NCBI GenBank assembly: GCA_964106915.2
Contig: OZ066916.1
Strand: one strand, 5' to 3'
Origin: Podarcis gaigeae
Taxonomy: Eukaryota
Length of the DNA stretch: 64,000 bases
This document shows positions 62,301-64,000 of this stretch, piece after piece (position 1 is the stretch's first letter; the number at the start of each line of letters is the position of its first letter). The position numbers and the translations under genes were made by a program. The notes beneath the pieces are model-generated. The model made no database searches and had not been told where the DNA came from. It saw nothing but the letters and a program-made list of their open reading frames with translations.

Positions 62301-63520
62301 TATTGTGAATGACAACAGTATTGCACAGAATGGCACAAGATTCAAATCATGAAAGATAAAGCAGCTATCACCTTGAAGATGAGAACAAACACCTTGCTTA
62401 TGCTTAAGTTTAAGGCGCTCAGCTGACACTCTGCAAAAACTGGTAACCACAAAGCGAATTCTACTGATGTATCAATACTTTGGGGTTCCACAGAAACCAA
62501 ACACCTTCGTGAACTTTCAGAGAGCAAATATTCCACCAATTCCCAGCTTGGGTATTCGTATGGAACCTTCCATAACCAGATTCTACAAATGAATCAGCAT
62601 GCCAAAAAAGGAACCCATTGTGAGCTCTGGAAAATCACTATGGATAGGTAACAGAGTTCCATGACTTAGATAGTTGCCATTAAATATTTGCTAATTGGTT
62701 GATGAGGCAGTTAAAGTGTTTAAATAAGGTCTTTATATTGGCCACTATAACTATTTACTTTACAGAATCTGGCACTGATAATAGATAGACAAGTATGGTG
62801 CAGAATGATTTCCATAAGGCTTTTCTTGACTCATCAAATGCTCTAATCTTCTAGATTTAAAATATGCACATTAATCTTACAAATTTTATTGGCAAGGCAA
62901 ACAGAGAGAAAACATGGTGCGTCAAGAAGAGGTATTTGTCAAACAGCGCACTCTTGATAGTCACATTAGTGCTTCCTGGTCAATAAAGGATTAAAGTAAC
63001 ATGTCAGTAAATTACAGCAAATACAATCCGGTATAAACTTTTTATGGCTGTGGTTTGATTCCCACACTTGAGATACGAGAGAGAGAAAATGTGGCTAATG
63101 GTTTCCACTGAGCCCTGGAACCAAGTATGATGTTGTGGTGGCATCTCCAGAAATTCGTACAAAACTTTAGGCCCAGGCCCAGTGCACTTGAAAATTCGAA
63201 CCTACCAGGTGAGGACAAATGCTTAAAACAACAAATCCATAGAACCCTGTGTACAGGAGATGACCACAGATCAGGGTTGGGGAACTGTCAACCTGTGAGT
63301 CAAAGGTGGCCCACCGGGAGCTGAAAACTGGTCTGCAAGGCTGTTCCCCCAAAACCACACTCAGCCAAGAGCTGATAGGTGGTAAAGCCAAAGCCTGCTA
63401 AATCGACTACATGACTGAGTTCCTCACAGAGAACTTGCTCTCACAGCTGATGGCTGCAGAAAGCAGGTTTTGGCTCTATCGTCCATCACCACACATTACC
63501 TGGTGGGTAGTAAAACTGAA

Positions 63521-63882
63521 TTATGGTGCTGGAGGAGACTCTTGAAGAGTCCCATGGACTGCAAGAAGATCAAACCTATCCATTCTGAAGGAAATCAGCC
63601 CTGAGTGCTCACTGGAAGGCCAGATCCTGAAGCTGGGGCTCCAGTACTTTGGACACCTCATGAGAAGAGAAGACTCCCTGGAAAAGACCCTGATGTTGGG
63701 AAAGATGGAGGGCACAAGGAGAAGGGGACGACAGAGGACAAGTTGGTTGGACAGTGTTCTCGAAGTTACCAGCATGAGTCTGACCAAACTGTAGAGGCAG
63801 TGGAAGACAGGAGTGCCTGGCGTGCTCTGGTCCAGGGGGTCACAAAGAGTCGGACACGACTAAACGACTAAACAACAACAAC
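63521..63882 (+). mobile_element. Bov-B (RTE) LINE 3' end, 5'-truncated
   Basis: LWCWRRLL.VPWTARRSNLSILKEISPECSLEGQILKL.LQYFGHLMRREDSLEKTLMLGK; (CAA)n tail; 12-bp TSD agtaaaactgaa. Confidence 0.95.
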
Positions 63883-64000
63883 AGTAAAACTGAACCTCCA
63901 GGCATTTTAAAGCACTGTGCAAGGCTCTTTCCAAGCTCTGTGTACTGCACTGAAGTCCCAACTTCAGGAGTTCACATATAAATGTGCACTTAGAATCTTC

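Overview
Eukaryotic, repeat-rich, almost entirely non-coding DNA from a squamate, most likely a lacertid lizard (inferred from Sauria SINEs, Bov-B tails and lizard-type L2/CR1/L1 fragments). No complete host gene can be identified. The window reads like a large intron or upstream region. A CpG island at 1-600 is cut by the window edge, several TE-poor blocks look like enhancers, and there are a few low-confidence minus-strand ATG-to-donor exon candidates. The best-supported features are mobile elements with readable termini and target-site duplications (TSDs). These are about seven Sauria SINEs, two Bov-B 3' ends, many L2 fragments, L1, CR1, a Rex1/Babar LINE, Penelope-like pieces, LTR remnants, two families of TA-targeting Tc1/mariner-pogo MITEs and several hAT MITEs. 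An assembly gap lies at 56704-57149. I found no convincing new biological system. The most interesting signals are a CpG-rich MITE family carrying NRF1-like and paired ETS motifs, a MITE family with shared ends but variable hairpin interiors, nested or chimeric insertions, and a possible series of alternative first exons. Family names are from recognition, not from database searches.
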